A stretch of 64,000 nt of DNA from the NCBI GenBank assembly GCA_002269645.1, contig NIVC01000470.1, forward strand, positions 18,872 to 82,871, in the 5' to 3' direction. Position numbers and translations under genes: made by a program. Below are positions 62,985 to 64,000 of this stretch, piece by piece. The stretch comes from Macrostomum lignano. Lineage: Eukaryota. How positions within the stretch are numbered: the stretch's first letter is position 1; each line of letters starts with the position of its first letter. Below the pieces are notes generated by a model. The model was not told where the DNA came from, did not search any database, and was given only the letters and a program-made list of their open reading frames with translations.

Positions 62985-63490
62985 GACTCGAATATAGCGA
63001 CTTTTTCGGACCAGATGTTGCGTTAATTAAGACTGTTTCCTAATTTGGATTTTCTTATTTTTCCTTCTTTATCAAAGAACTGTCCCTCACAGCAGTTAGC
63101 GCTAATAGTTAATAGAAATTTGTCTCTATAGTTCCGCTTTGATTCAATATTCCTGGCTATGGTAGATAAAATCAATGTACGAGCGTCCATGTGCTTCAAA
63201 GCAACCCAAATTAAACTGAAATATTCAACTGCAAGAAATTTTAATAATACCATGGTATATTGAAGGCGCAGGCTATTTTTAATTCATGAATAACTAAAAA
63301 AGTCATTATATGTACTCGTACTTGTAAATATATATGCGAAAAAATATACTATCGAGATTTTTGCTTTATTTTCACAGCGATGCAAAAATTTGAATGAAAA
63401 GTCAACTAATCAAGTTATTTAACTCTTTGTTTTAATTGAGTTATGCTTGATTTCATTCAGGAGAATCGACAACACGTACGCTCGTAGTAT

Positions 63491-63536
63491 AATATATATA
63501 CTAAAGCAGAGTTGTCTGTAGATATGCGATAGATTT
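63491..63536 (+). mobile_element. Fragment matching the 5' terminus of the Helitron-like family
   Basis: ATATATACTAAAGCAGAGTTGTCTGTAGATATGCGATAGATTT versus 2684-2726 CTATATACTAAAAATGAGTTGTCTGTGGGTATGCGATAGATTT. Confidence 0.55.
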
Positions 63537-64000
63537 ACATGTAAAAATATATAATACTAAACGTTTATAATAGTACCATGGACTACTTAACTGTCGTTTA
63601 TATAAATGGGACGTTTCATTTTTGATCCACAGACTTGCATTTCTTCACAGGTTAAATAATAGATATTTTATTCATTGTGAAGCAGCATTAACAACGTAAA
63701 TGGATTTACATGGTTGATGCTTAAAAATGTAGTACTATACTAAGCTTAACTGCGTAAGCTCATACTTTTTAAACAAAGTATTTTTTCAGAAACATAAAAA
63801 CCGATTAAAAAGCCTAAGAAACCCCAGTTTAAGCCAAATCATCGTGAACCGTGAACCTGCAGATCGTTTTAGTTGTTCAAGTAGCTAGCTTCATGCAAAG
63901 ATAGGAAAGACCGAGACTGTCGTTTTAAAAATAAATGCAATTTATGCTGCGGCTGAGTAAGCCAGTTAGGTTTATTCCGTTCAAAAAGAAGAGTCAGCTA

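Overview
This is eukaryotic (animal) genomic DNA, not prokaryotic, so no CRISPR, rRNA or intact tRNA is called. GC-rich exons, introns packed with minisatellites, (GATA)n and interstitial TTAGGG resemble the flatworm Macrostomum lignano, but that species assignment is inference only. Positions 1-11.6 kb hold a head-to-tail array of non-autonomous Helitron-like units carrying satellites, telomeric repeats and a tRNA-derived SINE head. Positions 11.6-23.7 kb are repeat-rich non-coding DNA. Eight spliced or single-exon protein genes follow, all on the + strand: ladybird/Lbx homeobox, FAM183/CFAP144-like, POLA2, ATG13, QNG1 (C9orf64), profilin-4-like, an EndoU-family gene with a 1-nt frameshift, and an intronless tandem DUF1330-like gene. 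Exon phases were checked by hand and close in frame, with EndoU closing only after one G is restored. The last six genes form a co-oriented cluster, each with a splice acceptor just upstream of its ATG, suggesting a spliced-leader trans-spliced operon. A 3.7-kb CpG-free AT-rich block precedes the cluster. Most long ORFs in the supplied track are translated tandem repeats or antisense shadows.
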